From: an uncultured Gemmatimonadaceae bacterium
GTDB taxonomy: Bacteria; Gemmatimonadota; Gemmatimonadetes; Gemmatimonadales; Gemmatimonadaceae
Reading direction: 5' to 3'
NCBI GenBank assembly: GCA_963790305.1
Contig: CAWBOC010000009.1
Span: 576,001 to 640,000, forward strand
DNA: 64,000 nt
Shown: positions 31,798-45,251 of the stretch, one piece after another
Numbering within the stretch: the first letter of the stretch is position 1
Layout of the letters: the number at the start of each line of letters is the position of its first letter
Program-made: the position numbers and the translations under genes
The notes under the pieces: generated by a model
The model's database searches: none
What the model was told of the DNA's origin: nothing
Seen by the model: only the letters and a program-made list of their open reading frames with translations

Positions 31798-33670
31798 GTG
31801 AAGCGCGATCCGGTCCTGCGGCCGCTGACGTGGAGGCTTCCGCTCGTCGCCTTTCTCATCACCGGCCTGGTCGGGCTCGTCTACATCGATCGGCTGCTGA
31901 CGCGCGAATACCGTGAACAGGGAGTGACGCAGGCGGTCCAGGCGCAATCGCTGCTCGAGAGCCATCTCTATCACCGCGTCGCCCTGCTCAGCGGCGTCAC
32001 CAGTCTGATCGAGACCTCGCCAGGCGGCGAAGCGAACCAGGAGCGCGTCGTGCGGTTTGCGCAGCGCGTGTTCGAGGAACTCCCCGACGTGAGAGCGGTC
32101 GCCTACGCCGACGCGCGCGGCATCGTGCGTGGCGTGTTCCCGCGAGATAGCTGGCCACGTCTGCGACCAGGCACGAACCTCCGCGACTCCGTGGACATCG
32201 CGTCGGCCCTCGACGAAGCCCGCTTCACGCGCGACGCGGCGGCCACGCGGACGATACGGCTCCCCAGCGAGCGCGGCATCGTTCTCGTCCAGCCGGTTCT
32301 GCGCGAGCGCCGCATCACCGGCTACATCGTCGGCGCGATCTCCTATCCCGGGCTGTTCGCCGATGCGTTAGGCGGCCGCCTGCTCGGCAGCTTCGCGTAC
32401 CAGATTCGCGATGATTCCCTGGGGGTCATTGCGCGCTCGCCCGCCTTCAGTGATGCCTACTCGACGATCGAGCGCCGGCAAGTCCGCTTGCCGGGCTCGC
32501 ATTGAATGGGTGGTCGACGTGGCGATCCCGCGCATGCACCCCATCGTGCCCCGGCTCCTCAACTGGCTGGTCGGGTCGCTGCTGCTGCTCGTGGTCGTGC
32601 TCCTTGTCGTCCGGGAAGAGGCACAGTCCCGGCGCTTCGCCGAGCGCACGGAGGAGTTGGAGCTGCTCTCCCGGGACCTCCTCGACGCCAACGTACGCCT
32701 CGAGGAGCGGTCTCAGCAGATCGCCGAGGCGAACCGGGCGAAAAGCAGGTTCCTCGCCAACGTTTCGCACGAGCTCCGTACACCGCTGAACGCGATCGTG
32801 GGATACAACTCTCTCGCGCGCGACGACGTGTACGGTGAGCTGTCCTCGCCGTTACGCGGTGTGCATGACCGGATTGCCGCAGCCGCTGACCACCTGCTCG
32901 GGCTGGTGAACGACGTGCTCGATCTCTCCAAGATCGAGGTCGGTCGCATGGCGGTGGATCCGCAGCCGGTGAACGTCGGCGCGCTGGTGGACGCCGTCGC
33001 GACCGTCATCGAGCCGATGGCGGCAGCGAAGCGACTGCACGTGGATGTGGTCGTCGGGCACGACGTCCCCGATCTGCACACCGACCCGGGCCACCTGCGC
33101 CAAATTCTGCTCAACCTCGTGGCGAACGCCGTGAAGTTCACCGAGCGCGGCACGATCACGATCGTCGCGCGGAAGCAGGACGCGGATCTCGGCGCAGGCG
33201 TCGCCATCATCGTCGAGGATACCGGAATTGGGATCGCTCGCGAGGATCAGGATCGGATCTTCCAGGAGTTCGAACAGGTGCGGCCGTCCGGACGCGGCGA
33301 TTCCCTCGAACGCGGGACAGGACTTGGATTGGCGATCGCTCGAAAGCTGGCGCGCCTGCTGGGTGGCGACGTGCACGTTCGGAGCGCGCCTGGTGCGGGC
33401 TCTCGATTCATCGTGACGCTCCCGCTGTCCTCGCCATCGGTGAGCATCGGCTCTGAGCATCTCCGGGCGCCCGAAGCAGCGAGCTCGGGCAAGGCCGAGC
33501 GATCGGCTGAGCGGCCGCAACCATCGCGGGCCTCGGGTAGTGCGACGGTCGACAGCGGTCCAGCGACGGAAGACACGCCGCCCGAGGTTCGGGCGATTCT
33601 CGATGCGTCGCTCGAGGCGAGACGCGTGAGTGGCGCACGGAAGAAGGAAGGCGACGCCGACCGGTCTTGA
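31798..33670 (+). CDS. Membrane sensor histidine kinase with a CHASE/Cache-like sensor (apparent +1 frameshift at ~32502)
   Basis: TM1 and sensor in ORF 31681-32505. TM2, H-box FLANVSHELRTPL and N/G1/F/G2 boxes in ORF 32411-33670. Deleting one T gives PGSHEWVVDV. Start codon uncertain. Confidence 0.8.
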
Positions 33671-33695
33671 CTGCCGATTTTGTGAGGGCTAGCTT
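33667..33695 (+). promoter_or_regulatory. Promoter of the second tRNA cluster, TTGACT-17-TAGCTT
   Basis: Near-consensus hexamers with a 17-nt spacer. Confidence 0.55.
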
Positions 33696-33783
33696 TCACT
33701 GTTCACGGCGGACCGCGCCTCCGCAGTCGAGTCGCGCGACCGCCGTTGTCGTCTCCATGAGCAGTGGTGTGAGACGACGCCGT

Positions 33784-33857
33784 GCGCCCGTAGCTCAATT
33801 GGATAGAGCATCTGACTACGGATCAGAAGGTTGGGAGTTCGAGTCTCTCCGGGCGCG
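33784..33857 (+). tRNA. tRNA-Arg(ACG)
   Basis: GCGCCCGTAGCTCAATTGGATAGAGC; anticodon arm TCTGA-CTACGGA-TCAGA. Confidence 0.96.
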
Positions 33858-33887
33858 CCTGATGAATCGAGCTCGTGGGTTCATCCG

Positions 33888-33965
33888 CGGGGCGTGGCGC
33901 AGCCCGGTTAGCGCGCCTGGTTCGGGACCAGGAGGTCGGTGGTTCAAATCCACTCGCCCCGACCA
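33888..33965 (+). tRNA. tRNA-Pro(CGG)
   Basis: CGGGGCG acceptor, CCTGG-TTCGGGA-CCAGG anticodon arm and encoded CCA. Confidence 0.95.
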
Positions 33966-33970
33966 TGGCA

Positions 33971-33997
33971 AGGGGAGCTCGCCCGCGAGCTCCTTTT
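33971..33997 (+). terminator. Terminator-like hairpin between tRNA-Pro and tRNA-Arg
   Basis: GGAGCTCGC-CC-GCGAGCTCC followed by TTTT. Confidence 0.5.
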
Positions 33998-34003
33998 GCG
34001 TTT

Positions 34004-34077
34004 GCGCGAGTAGCTCAGTTGGATAGAGCGTCGGCCTCCGGAGCCGAAGGTCGTGGGTTCGAGTCCCGCCTCGCGCG
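34004..34077 (+). tRNA. tRNA-Arg(CCG)
   Basis: GCGCGAGTAGCTCAG; anticodon arm TCGGC-CTCCGGA-GCCGA. Confidence 0.95.
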
Positions 34078-34192
34078 TTGTGTTGAAGCAGGTCCCGCCG
34101 CCCAGGCTTCGCGCCTTGGGCGGCGGCGTCCTAACGGGACTCGCGCCTGACGCGCGCGACCAGTCGGCGCGACCCTTGCCCGTAACGCAGCC

Positions 34193-35191
34193 GTGACCGA
34201 CGCCTCGTCCTCCCGTACCGCGGGCCCTCCGGCATCTCCGCACCACCGCACCGGATGGCGCACGCTTCTGCCCGGCGTCATCATCGTCGCCCTCATCGCA
34301 GGATTCACGGTGGCGGTTCTGGTCTATGCGCGCGTGGGACGGCTCCATGGCGACACCTACCGACTGTTCATCCTGACGGATGCCGCGCGCGGAGTCATCC
34401 AGGGTACCGAGGTCTGGCTCGCTGGTCAGAAAGTCGGCCTGGTCAAGGAGATTCGTTTTCAGCCTCCGGGACGCGATACGCTCTCTCGACTCGCCATCGA
34501 GCTCGAGTTGCTCGAGGAAGTCCAGGAGTTGATTCGCGAGGATTCGTTCGGACAAATCCGCAGTGGTGGCAGCTTGATCGGCGCACCCGTGGTCTACATC
34601 ACGACCGGGACGGCGACGCACCCTGCGCTCGCGCACGGGGACACCGTGGCCGCCAAACCCCAGGTCGATACTGAGGGGCTCACATCGGCGGTGGCGTTGG
34701 CGGGACGTGAGCTTCCCATCGTCATACGTGAAGCGAAGCAGGTCCGCAATGACATGCAGCGCGCGACATCTCGACTGAGTGAGCTGCAGGACGACGGAGG
34801 CGTGACGCTGTCCGGCGTCGGGTCGCGCGCGGCCGGAATTACGCGACGCGCCACGCGCGGCGGGGGAGCGGTTCCCCTGCTCATGCGCGATCGTGTCATC
34901 ATGGCTCGCGTCACGAGCGCCATGCAGAGCGCGGACACGATCCGCGCCCTGCTCGCGAGCGACGCCGCGAGCTACGGTCGCTTCAAGCGCGACTCGTCGC
35001 TCGTACGCGAGATCGCGTCGGTGCGGAACGAGATGTCCATTCTCCGCGGTCTCCTCGATCAGTCGCGCGGCACCGCTGGCCGCATGGCGAACGACAAAGC
35101 GGCCACCGATGCATTGGCCAGTGTGGAGAAGGAGCTGGGGAGAACGATCGAGGACATCAAGCGCGATCCCCTTCGCTATGTGCGGTTCTGA
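34193..35191 (+). CDS. MlaD/MCE-family protein
   Basis: N-terminal TM, ARGVIQGTEVWLAGQKVGLV, SLIG...YITTG, helical tail ending DIKRDPLRYVRF. Confidence 0.85.
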   Translation: MTDASSSRTAGPPASPHHRTGWRTLLPGVIIVALIAGFTVAVLVYARVGRLHGDTYRLFILTDAARGVIQGTEVWLAGQKVGLVKEIRFQPPGRDTLSRLAIELELLEEVQELIREDSFGQIRSGGSLIGAPVVYITTGTATHPALAHGDTVAAKPQVDTEGLTSAVALAGRELPIVIREAKQVRNDMQRATSRLSELQDDGGVTLSGVGSRAAGITRRATRGGGAVPLLMRDRVIMARVTSAMQSADTIRALLASDAASYGRFKRDSSLVREIASVRNEMSILRGLLDQSRGTAGRMANDKAATDALASVEKELGRTIEDIKRDPLRYVRF

Positions 35192-35221
35192 GGCGCGCCA
35201 CGCGGGCGTGTGTGATCCGCC

Positions 35222-35250
35222 TTGACCCTGTTTTTTGTGAGACGTATCTT
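35222..35250 (+). promoter_or_regulatory. rho promoter TTGACC-17-TATCTT, followed by a C-rich leader
   Basis: Hexamer match. The C-rich 5' leader is compatible with rut-type autoregulation (inference). Confidence 0.55.
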
Positions 35251-35407
35251 CTGAGGACTTCCGCGCGTCGGCTGCTCCCCACCGCGGACCTCACCCCTCG
35301 CCACCCCGACTCGCCGTTTCTGCGCGGGCGCCCTCTGGGCAGAACTTGCGCGCCGCTACCGCCGCCGCGCCTCGCCGCCCCGCTTTTCTCTCCCGGAGCA
35401 TGTCCTC

Positions 35408-36658
35408 GTGGATATCGCTGAGCTGAAGCAAAAGTCGGTGACAGAGCTCCACGAGATGGCGGAAGACCTCAACATCTCGAACTACTCCGGGCTCCGGAAG
35501 CAGGATCTCATCTTTCGCATCGAGCAGAACCTGCTCGATGCGGATGTCGTGCTTCATGGCGAGGGCGTGCTGGAGATCTTGCCCGAAGGGTATGGGTTCC
35601 TGCGCAGTCAGGACTGGAACTATCTCTACGGACCCGATGACATCTACGTCTCCCCGTCTCAGATCAAGCGATTCGATCTGCGAACGGGCGATACGGTCAT
35701 GGGACAGGTGCGCCCGCCGAAGGAGGGCGAGCGGTATCTCGCCCTGCTCAAGGTCGAGAACATCAACGGCTCGGACCCCGAGACCGCCAAGCACCGCGTC
35801 GCGTTCGACAATCTGCGGCCACGCTATCCGGATTCGCGCCTTCGCCTCGAGCCGCGAAGCGGCGACATCAACATGCGCGTCGTCGATCTGGTCACGCCGA
35901 TCGGCAAGGGGCAGCGCGGGCTCATCGTCGCGCCGCCACGCGCCGGCAAGACGATTCTCATGCAGAAGATCGCGAACTCGATCACCGAGAATCACCCGGA
36001 GGTCACGCTCATCGTGCTGCTCATCGACGAGCGGCCCGAGGAAGTGACCGACATGCAGGAGAACGTGAAGGCGGAAGTCATCAGCTCGACGTTCGACGAG
36101 CCCGCCGATCGCCACGTGCAGGTCGCGGACATGGTGATCGAGAAGGCCAAGCGGCTCGTCGAGCATGGGAAGGACGTCGTGATCCTGCTCGACTCCATCA
36201 CGCGCCTGGCGCGCGCGCACAACGTGGTGGTTCCGCATTCGGGGAAGATTCTCTCCGGCGGCGTCGACGCACACGCGCTGCACAAGCCGAAGCGATTCTT
36301 CGGCGCCGCACGGAACATCGATGAGGGCGGGTCGCTGACGATCATCGCGACGGCACTGATCGAGACCGGCTCGCGGATGGACGAGGTGATCTTCGAGGAG
36401 TTCAAGGGCACCGGAAACATGGAGCTCGTGCTCGACCGCAAGATCGCCGATCGTCGCATCTTTCCCGCCATCGACATTCAGCGCTCGGGGACACGCAAGG
36501 AAGAGCTGCTTCTCTCGACGGAGGAGCTCAATCGTGTCTACCTGCTTCGCAACTTCCTGGGCGACATGCCGCCGACGGAAGCCATCGAGTTCCTGCTCGA
36601 GCGCATGAAGCGCACGAAGAACAACAAGGAGTTCTTCGCCACGATGGCGCAAGGGTGA
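35408..36658 (+). CDS. rho: Transcription termination factor Rho
   Basis: [36 protein letters not shown] and [10 protein letters not shown]. Confidence 0.99.
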   Translation: MDIAELKQKSVTELHEMAEDLNISNYSGLRKQDLIFRIEQNLLDADVVLHGEGVLEILPEGYGFLRSQDWNYLYGPDDIYVSPSQIKRFDLRTGDTVMGQVRPPKEGERYLALLKVENINGSDPETAKHRVAFDNLRPRYPDSRLRLEPRSGDINMRVVDLVTPIGKGQRGLIVAPPRAGKTILMQKIANSITENHPEVTLIVLLIDERPEEVTDMQENVKAEVISSTFDEPADRHVQVADMVIEKAKRLVEHGKDVVILLDSITRLARAHNVVVPHSGKILSGGVDAHALHKPKRFFGAARNIDEGGSLTIIATALIETGSRMDEVIFEEFKGTGNMELVLDRKIADRRIFPAIDIQRSGTRKEELLLSTEELNRVYLLRNFLGDMPPTEAIEFLLERMKRTKNNKEFFATMAQG

Positions 36659-37110
36659 CGACCGCGATCGGAGAGCCGGTGACGACAGATCCAGGGCGTG
36701 TGCTCGCGATCGATTATGGGGAGCGTCGCATTGGGTTGGCGGTGAGCGATCCTACGCGGACGATCGCGTCGCCGGCAGGATTCGTGACGCGACGCGCCGG
36801 AAAGCGCCCGCCAGTCGCCGAGCTCGTACGGCAGGCGCAGACGCTCGAAGCCACGGCGCTCGTGCTCGGCCTCCCGCTCGATGACGAGGGCAATGAAACG
36901 CCGCGCAGTGAGGAGGTCCGCCGCGTCGCGTCGGAGCTCGAGCGTCGCATGGGATTGCCGGTCACACTCGTGGACGAGCGCTACACGACCGCGGCCGCGC
37001 TCCGCGCCATTCGAGAGATGGACGGATCGACCCGGGGGCGTCGCGGCGACGTCGATGCCTTGGCCGCGGCCATTCTGTTGCAGCATGCGCTGGCGACGCT
37101 GCCGCGCTGA
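36655..37110 (+). CDS. ruvX: RuvX/YqgF pre-16S rRNA nuclease
   Basis: [28 protein letters not shown] and [11 protein letters not shown]. Confidence 0.93.
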   Translation: MTTAIGEPVTTDPGRVLAIDYGERRIGLAVSDPTRTIASPAGFVTRRAGKRPPVAELVRQAQTLEATALVLGLPLDDEGNETPRSEEVRRVASELERRMGLPVTLVDERYTTAAALRAIREMDGSTRGRRGDVDALAAAILLQHALATLPR

Positions 37111-38128
37111 TCGCCGCTCCGGCCCTCGGGCGGTGGCGTTCGGCATGGCCGTCGGCCTGCTGCTCGCGTGCGGGGACGAGGGAGCACCGGTGCGCCGCGT
37201 CACCATCCCGCAGGGCTCCAGCTTCGCGGCCGCCGCCGACTCGCTGGAAAGTGCGGGCGTGCTGGGGACGCCGCGTCTCTTCCGCATCTACGCCAGCGTC
37301 ACCGGACGCGACCGGGACATCAAGGCAGGGACGTATCTCCTCGAGCCCGGCCTCTCGTGGAACGAGCTCATCCAGGCGCTATCGGCGGGCCGCGGGATCG
37401 AGCAGAACATTACGGTGCCCGAAGGGCTGCCACTCCGGGACATTGTCCCGCTGCTGGGGCGGAGCATCGGAGCGCCCGTCGAGTCGCTGTGGATGGCCGT
37501 GCGCGACTCGGCGACGCGACGACGACTGGGAGTGCCTACCCCCGATCTCGAGGGCTACCTGTTCCCCGACACCTATCGCTTCATGTACGGCACGTCCGCT
37601 CGTGAGGCGGTGCGAGAGATGGTTCGGCGATTCGAGGATGTCTGGGAGCCAGGCTGGGATGCGCGCGTCGGGGAAATGGGGATGACGCGCCACGCCGTGA
37701 TCACCCTCGCGTCGATCGTCGAGAAGGAAGCGCGCCTCGCGGAAGAGCGGCCGGTCATCGCCGCCGTCTATCACAATCGACTGCGTCAGGGGATGCCGTT
37801 GCAAGCCGATCCCACGATCCAGTACGCCATCGGCGAGCACCGCACCCGGGTGCTGTACCGCGACCTCAAGATCGACTCGCCGTACAACACCTATCGCAAT
37901 CGGGGACTGCCACCCGGGCCTATCGCGTCGCCGGGGCGGGCGAGCATCGAGGCGGCACTGTTCCCGGCCAACGTCCCCTATCGCTACTTCGTGGCGCATC
38001 CGGATGGGCACCACGAATTCCGGGTGACGTTCGAGGAGCACACGGCCGCGCGGCGGCTCGTGCAGCGACGCCCTTCGAGTGCTCGCGGGCGGAGCACCCG
38101 CGGCAGCTCGGCGACGCGCCCCCGTTAG
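37085..38128 (+). CDS. mltG: Endolytic murein transglycosylase MltG (YceG)
   Basis: IKAGTY, TVPEG, LEGYLFPDTY, LASIVEKE, LQADPT and SPYNTY..GLPPGPI. Start is 37085 or 37145. Confidence 0.93.
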   Translation: MRWRRCRADRRSGPRAVAFGMAVGLLLACGDEGAPVRRVTIPQGSSFAAAADSLESAGVLGTPRLFRIYASVTGRDRDIKAGTYLLEPGLSWNELIQALSAGRGIEQNITVPEGLPLRDIVPLLGRSIGAPVESLWMAVRDSATRRRLGVPTPDLEGYLFPDTYRFMYGTSAREAVREMVRRFEDVWEPGWDARVGEMGMTRHAVITLASIVEKEARLAEERPVIAAVYHNRLRQGMPLQADPTIQYAIGEHRTRVLYRDLKIDSPYNTYRNRGLPPGPIASPGRASIEAALFPANVPYRYFVAHPDGHHEFRVTFEEHTAARRLVQRRPSSARGRSTRGSSATRPR

Positions 38129-38522
38129 GCAGTCGGCTCCCCGGTCGGCCCGTCTGCCCATTCGGGACGCAGCCCACGCGCTCCCCGCAAATAGACGTGC
38201 CGCAGGTGCTTCCTCGGCGTGGACGTTTCCACGTGCAGCAGCACGCGAACGCACCGCGCGATCGCGCCCGGGACCGGGATCTCCATCGTGCAGAGGAGTG
38301 CGACGTCGGTCCAGCCGAGCTCGCGCGCGGCATGCGCCGGGAACGCGCTGCGAAGGTCGGGGGTCACCGTGAAGAGCGCGCTGATGATGTCGGCGGTGGT
38401 GAGATCGTTCAGCGCGACCATGCGTCGAAGCAGCTCGGCCGTCGCGGCACGAATGGCCGAGGCGTCGTCTTCGTCGACCGTGGTCGCTCCGCGAATCGCC
38501 CCGAATGTCGTTCGTGGGGCAC
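38125..38522 (-). CDS. aroH: Chorismate mutase, AroH class (start region apparently frameshifted)
   Basis: The frame reads AIRGATTVDED...FTVTPDL..AFPA..AR...CVRVLLH...HVYLRGARGLRPE. No in-frame start codon; the nearest GTG (38522) is out of frame. Confidence 0.85.
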
Positions 38523-38526
38523 GCGA

Positions 38527-39342
38527 TCAGGGAGGAGACGCCGCCGGGCCGGCGCGCCACCGGAACTTCACGTCAGGCACCTTGGCTTCCTCGCGGTGCC
38601 GCCGCTCGTCGCGCTGCGGCGGGTGCGTGCGCCAGCTGCGGCTCGCGATGCGCCGAACGCGGGTGAGCACCTTGGGCTCCAAAAAGATCGCGACCAGGAT
38701 GGGATCGAACTGCGTGCCGCTTCCCTCGGCCAGCGCGCGCACTGCGTCGTCGAGCCGGTGTGCGGGGCGGTAGCGGCGACTGTGGGTGATCGCATCGAAG
38801 GTGTCGGCGATGGCGACGACACGCGCCTGAATCGGGATGTCCTCCGCGACGAGCCCGTGTGGATACCCTGATCCATCCCAGCGCTCGTGGTGGGCGATCA
38901 CACCGTCACACAGGTCAGGGTAAAAGTACGACAAGGGATTCAACACATCGGCCCCGCGTTCCGGGTGGGTCGCAATGAGGCGGCGCTCCTCCGGAGTTAC
39001 GTCGTCCTCGTCATCGTGCATGATGTCGAAGAGGGCTTCGTGGATCTTACCGATGTCGTGAAAGAGTGCGACGCGCTCGATGCTGCGAACGGTCGCTTCA
39101 TCAAGCCGGGCGGCACGAGCGAGCGTCATGCTGTAGGCCGCGACGCGACGCACGTGCGCGCCCGTGAGGGCGTCGTTGGCGTCGATGGCGTTGAGCAGTG
39201 TCTCGAGCGCCGCCGCGGCGAGGCGCGCGGACCGTCGCCACTCGCGGTGCTGTCGAACGAGGAGAGCCCCAACGCCGGCGCCGAGGGTGAGGAGCATGGG
39301 CCGTCGCACATCGTGGAGCGGGGCAAGAACAGGACCGAGCAC
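38527..39342 (-). CDS. HD-GYP domain protein (putative c-di-GMP phosphodiesterase)
   Basis: H.RRV, FHDIGKI, HHERWDGSGYP, IADTFDAIT..RRYR and GTQFDP. Confidence 0.88.
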   Translation of the reverse strand: MLGPVLAPLHDVRRPMLLTLGAGVGALLVRQHREWRRSARLAAAALETLLNAIDANDALTGAHVRRVAAYSMTLARAARLDEATVRSIERVALFHDIGKIHEALFDIMHDDEDDVTPEERRLIATHPERGADVLNPLSYFYPDLCDGVIAHHERWDGSGYPHGLVAEDIPIQARVVAIADTFDAITHSRRYRPAHRLDDAVRALAEGSGTQFDPILVAIFLEPKVLTRVRRIASRSWRTHPPQRDERRHREEAKVPDVKFRWRAGPAASPP

Positions 39343-39387
39343 TTCCGAGAGGTCCTCGAGACCTCAGATGACATCCAGGGGCAACTT

Positions 39388-39499
39388 CTGAAGACGTCAG
39401 GGGTCAGACGTCAGGGGTCAGGAGGCAGGAACGTCAACCGCGGGCGTTGTTGAAGTGTCTGACCGCTGACGTCTGACGTCTGATCCCTGACGTCTTCGG
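39388..39499. repeat. Heptamer-unit (GTCAGAC/GTCAGGG) inverted repeat
   Basis: GAAGACGTCAGGGGTCAGACGTCAGGGGTCAGG ... CTGACCGCTGACGTCTGACGTCTGATCCCTGACGTCTTC. Confidence 0.8.
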
Positions 39500-39539
39500 C
39501 CGTGGTCCCTGCCGTTTTCGCTTTTCGGACTCGAGAGAA

Positions 39540-39577
39540 AGACAAGAACCCCGAGAGACATTGTCTCTCGGGGTTCT
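39540..39577 (-). terminator. rRNA operon terminator
   Basis: GAACCCCGAGAGACA-A-TGTCTCTCGGGGTTC then TTGTCTTT on the minus strand, directly after 5S. Confidence 0.75.
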
Positions 39578-39585
39578 CAGGGAGA

Positions 39586-39703
39586 TGCCGGCGGCGGCCT
39601 ACTCTCCCGCGATCTCTCGATCGGAGTACCATCGGCGCTGCAGGGCTTAACGACCGTGTTCGGGATGGGAACGGGTGTGGCCCCTGCGCTCCAGCCGCCA
39701 GCG
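39586..39703 (-). rRNA. rrf: 5S rRNA
   Basis: Minus strand contains CACCCGTTCCCATCCCGAACACGG..GTTAAG and GATGGTACT...GGGAGAGTAGG. Ends approximate. Confidence 0.95.
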
Positions 39704-39823
39704 ATTCGAAATCGTTCTTCCTACTAAACTGGCAAGTGAGTGATCGAGTAGTGTCGGGTCACGAGAGCCATGCGGCTCTCGTATTCGAAGCGATTGCTCT
39801 GCTTGGTGAGGCTGACTACGGGT

Positions 39824-42872
<3,049 letters not shown>

Positions 42873-43009
42873 TCTTCGAGATATCCAAGCAGAGCACGCG
42901 CATCGAATGTGCAATCACATCATCAAGTCATCGAACGCCGCGTCCCTCGCGGGAAACGTCGCTCGCACTCGATGAGAATTCACATCCCAACGATCTACTC
43001 GATCATCAC

Positions 43010-43086
43010 TTGTCAAACAGCGGCCGCGCAAAAAAAACCCGCGCGGACAAGACTCGAATTTTAGCCGATTGAAGGGAGTCAGTCAA
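43010..43086 (-). promoter_or_regulatory. Dedicated 23S promoter (TTGACT-17-TAAAAT) plus boxA-like GCTGTTTGACAA
   Basis: -35 at 43086-43081, -10 at 43063-43058, boxA-like motif at about 43022-43011. Confidence 0.75.
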
Positions 43087-43190
43087 CGCGCGCATCGCGC
43101 GCACGCATGACGCCGCCACTCCAAAAGGGCGCGAAGAATACACAGCCCGACACCGCATTTCAAGTGGGTGTTAAACCACCGATCTCGCCC

Positions 43191-44358
43191 GTGCCTCCAA
43201 TCGCCCTGGTCTCTCCGAAAGGCGCTCGTCAATGGGCGAACGGCCACCCGTGGATCTATCGCAGTGACGTCGTCAGACGTCCCGACTCGGACGCGGGCGC
43301 CGCACTGGTGCGAGAATGGCGCCGGGGCTCCACTCGGCTGGGCGCTGTGGAGTCCGCGCTCGGAAATCTCACTGCGTCTCCTCGACCGATCGCCAAACGC
43401 CCAGATCGACATCGCGTGGTGGCGCCGGCGCCTGGAGCACGCGATCGCGCGACGAGCCCCGCTCGACGATGTCGCGTCGGCGTTCCGGCTGGTGCACGGC
43501 GAAGCGGATGGTTGTCCCTCGCTGATCTGCGACCGCTACGATCAATGGCTGGTCGTTCAACTGCTGAGCGCGGGGCTCGAACGATTCCGGGATGACATCG
43601 TCCAGTCGTTGATCGAGCTCGTCGATCCTCAGGGAATCCTTGCGCGCAACGACGTTCCCGTGCGCGCGAAGGAGGGCCTCCCGCGCGAAACGGCGGTGCT
43701 CTTCGGCGATGTCCCGCGGGAGATCGAGGTGACGGAATACGGCCTCCGCTATCTCGCGGCGCCGTGGGATGGTCAGAAGACTGGCGCCTTCCTCGACCAG
43801 CGCGAAAATCGCGCGCTCGCGGGCGCTGTCGCGCGCGGACGAGCGCTCGACTGCTTCAGCTACCACGGGTCGTTCGCACTTCACCTGGCTCGGCAGGCTA
43901 CCACAGTCATCGCGCTGGACGCCTCGGCGCCCGCGCTCGCGCGTGCACGTGACAATGCCGCGCGCAACGACCTTCACAACATCGAGTTCGTCGAGGCGGA
44001 TGCGTTCGAGTGGCTTCGGGCCGCCGAGCGACGGCGCGACCGGTTCGACACCATCGTGCTCGATCCGCCGGCGTTCGCCAAGACGCGCGATGCCCTTCCC
44101 TCCGCGCTCCGCGGCTACAAGGAGATCAACCTGCGGGCAATGCGACTTCTCGCGACGGGTGGGACACTCTTCACCGCGAGCTGCAGCTACCATCTGACCA
44201 AAGCGCTTTTTCTCGAGGTGCTCGAAGCGGCCGCCGCTGACAGTGGGAGGCGCATCGCGATGCGCGAGCTTCGCGGGCAACCGCTCGATCATCCAGAAGT
44301 GCTGACGATTCCGGAGAGCGGCTACATCAAGGGCGCTTTGCTGGAAGCGCTGGATTGA
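43191..44358 (+). CDS. rlmI: RlmI-family SAM-dependent rRNA m5C methyltransferase (apparent +1 frameshift at ~43310)
   Basis: PUA-like GHPWIYRSD in one frame; RLVHGEADG, GQKTGAFLDQRENR, IVLDPPAFAK and TASCSYH in the next. Confidence 0.88.
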
Positions 44359-45133
44359 CCTGGCAGCCCGGACACCAGTACGTCGATCGAGCAGCCTGGA
44401 TGATGCGCGCGATGGACGTCCCGCACCGTGTACAGCGCTTTCCCTCGCGATCGTACACGTTCAGCCGTGCGGACCCGGTCGTCGTGTAGCGCCCAGATCC
44501 GTCGCGACCCCGGGAGAGCACGCGTTGAATCGCCCGCACGAGTCGCGCGACGTCGCGAGCACCGAGCTTCGACGCGGGAACCCGCGGGTCAATGCGTGCG
44601 AGCCAGAGCGCTTCAGCCGCGTAGATGTTACCGATACCAGCGACGACGCTCTGGTCGAGCAGCGCCGGCTTGATCGCGATGCGCCGGCGCGCGAGCACGG
44701 CGAGAAGATGCGCATCATCGAACTGAGCGCTCACCGCGTCAGGACCGAGCATCGTGGCGAGCGAAACGCCCGGCTCGAGGACCTCCACCGTCGACAGTGC
44801 GCGCGGGTCCGCGAGCACGATGCGCGAGCCGTTCTCGAGCTCGAGGACGAATCGCGCGAACCGCGGAAGCTCGTCTTCGCTTCGACTGACGACCCAGTCA
44901 CCGGTCATGCGAAAGTGCACGTGCAGCATGGAGCCATCGTCGAGCACCGCGAGCTGATGCTTACCGCGCCGCTCCACGCGGGCGATCGACCGTCCCGCGA
45001 GGCGTCGCAGGCTCGCTTTCCGAAGGTTCCGCCCGACGTAGGGATGGAGGACCTTCGCGCGGACGATGCGCGCCCCGGACGTCGCGCGTGCAAGTGCGCG
45101 CGCGGCATACTCGACTTCAGGAAGCTCAGGCAC
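44327..45133 (-). CDS. mutM: Formamidopyrimidine-DNA glycosylase Fpg
   Basis: (M)PELPEVE N-terminus, RRGKH, HFRMTG, LLDQSVVAGIGNIYA and C-terminal CxxC...CxxC zinc finger. Confidence 0.95.
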   Translation of the reverse strand: MPELPEVEYAARALARATSGARIVRAKVLHPYVGRNLRKASLRRLAGRSIARVERRGKHQLAVLDDGSMLHVHFRMTGDWVVSRSEDELPRFARFVLELENGSRIVLADPRALSTVEVLEPGVSLATMLGPDAVSAQFDDAHLLAVLARRRIAIKPALLDQSVVAGIGNIYAAEALWLARIDPRVPASKLGARDVARLVRAIQRVLSRGRDGSGRYTTTGSARLNVYDREGKRCTRCGTSIARIIQAARSTYWCPGCQVNPALPAKRP

Positions 45134-45251
45134 GACCGGCAACGTACTCCCGGGGGAGTACGCACTCAAGCGCCCGCGATTGACAGCGCCGGCCGGCCCC
45201 GGCGAGTATGAGCGCGTGCTGAAGCCCCCTCGCTCGACGGAAACGCCCCCA

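Noticed and set aside
31587..33783. Genomic island integrated at a tRNA (kinase between tRNA clusters)
   Set aside because: No integrase, no duplicated tRNA 3' end and no evident compositional shift.
39388..39499. Possible CRISPR array (also considered for 22064-22201 and 63333-63429)
   Set aside because: Units are 7 nt, tandem and inverted, with no 25-40 nt repeat/spacer pattern and no cas genes.
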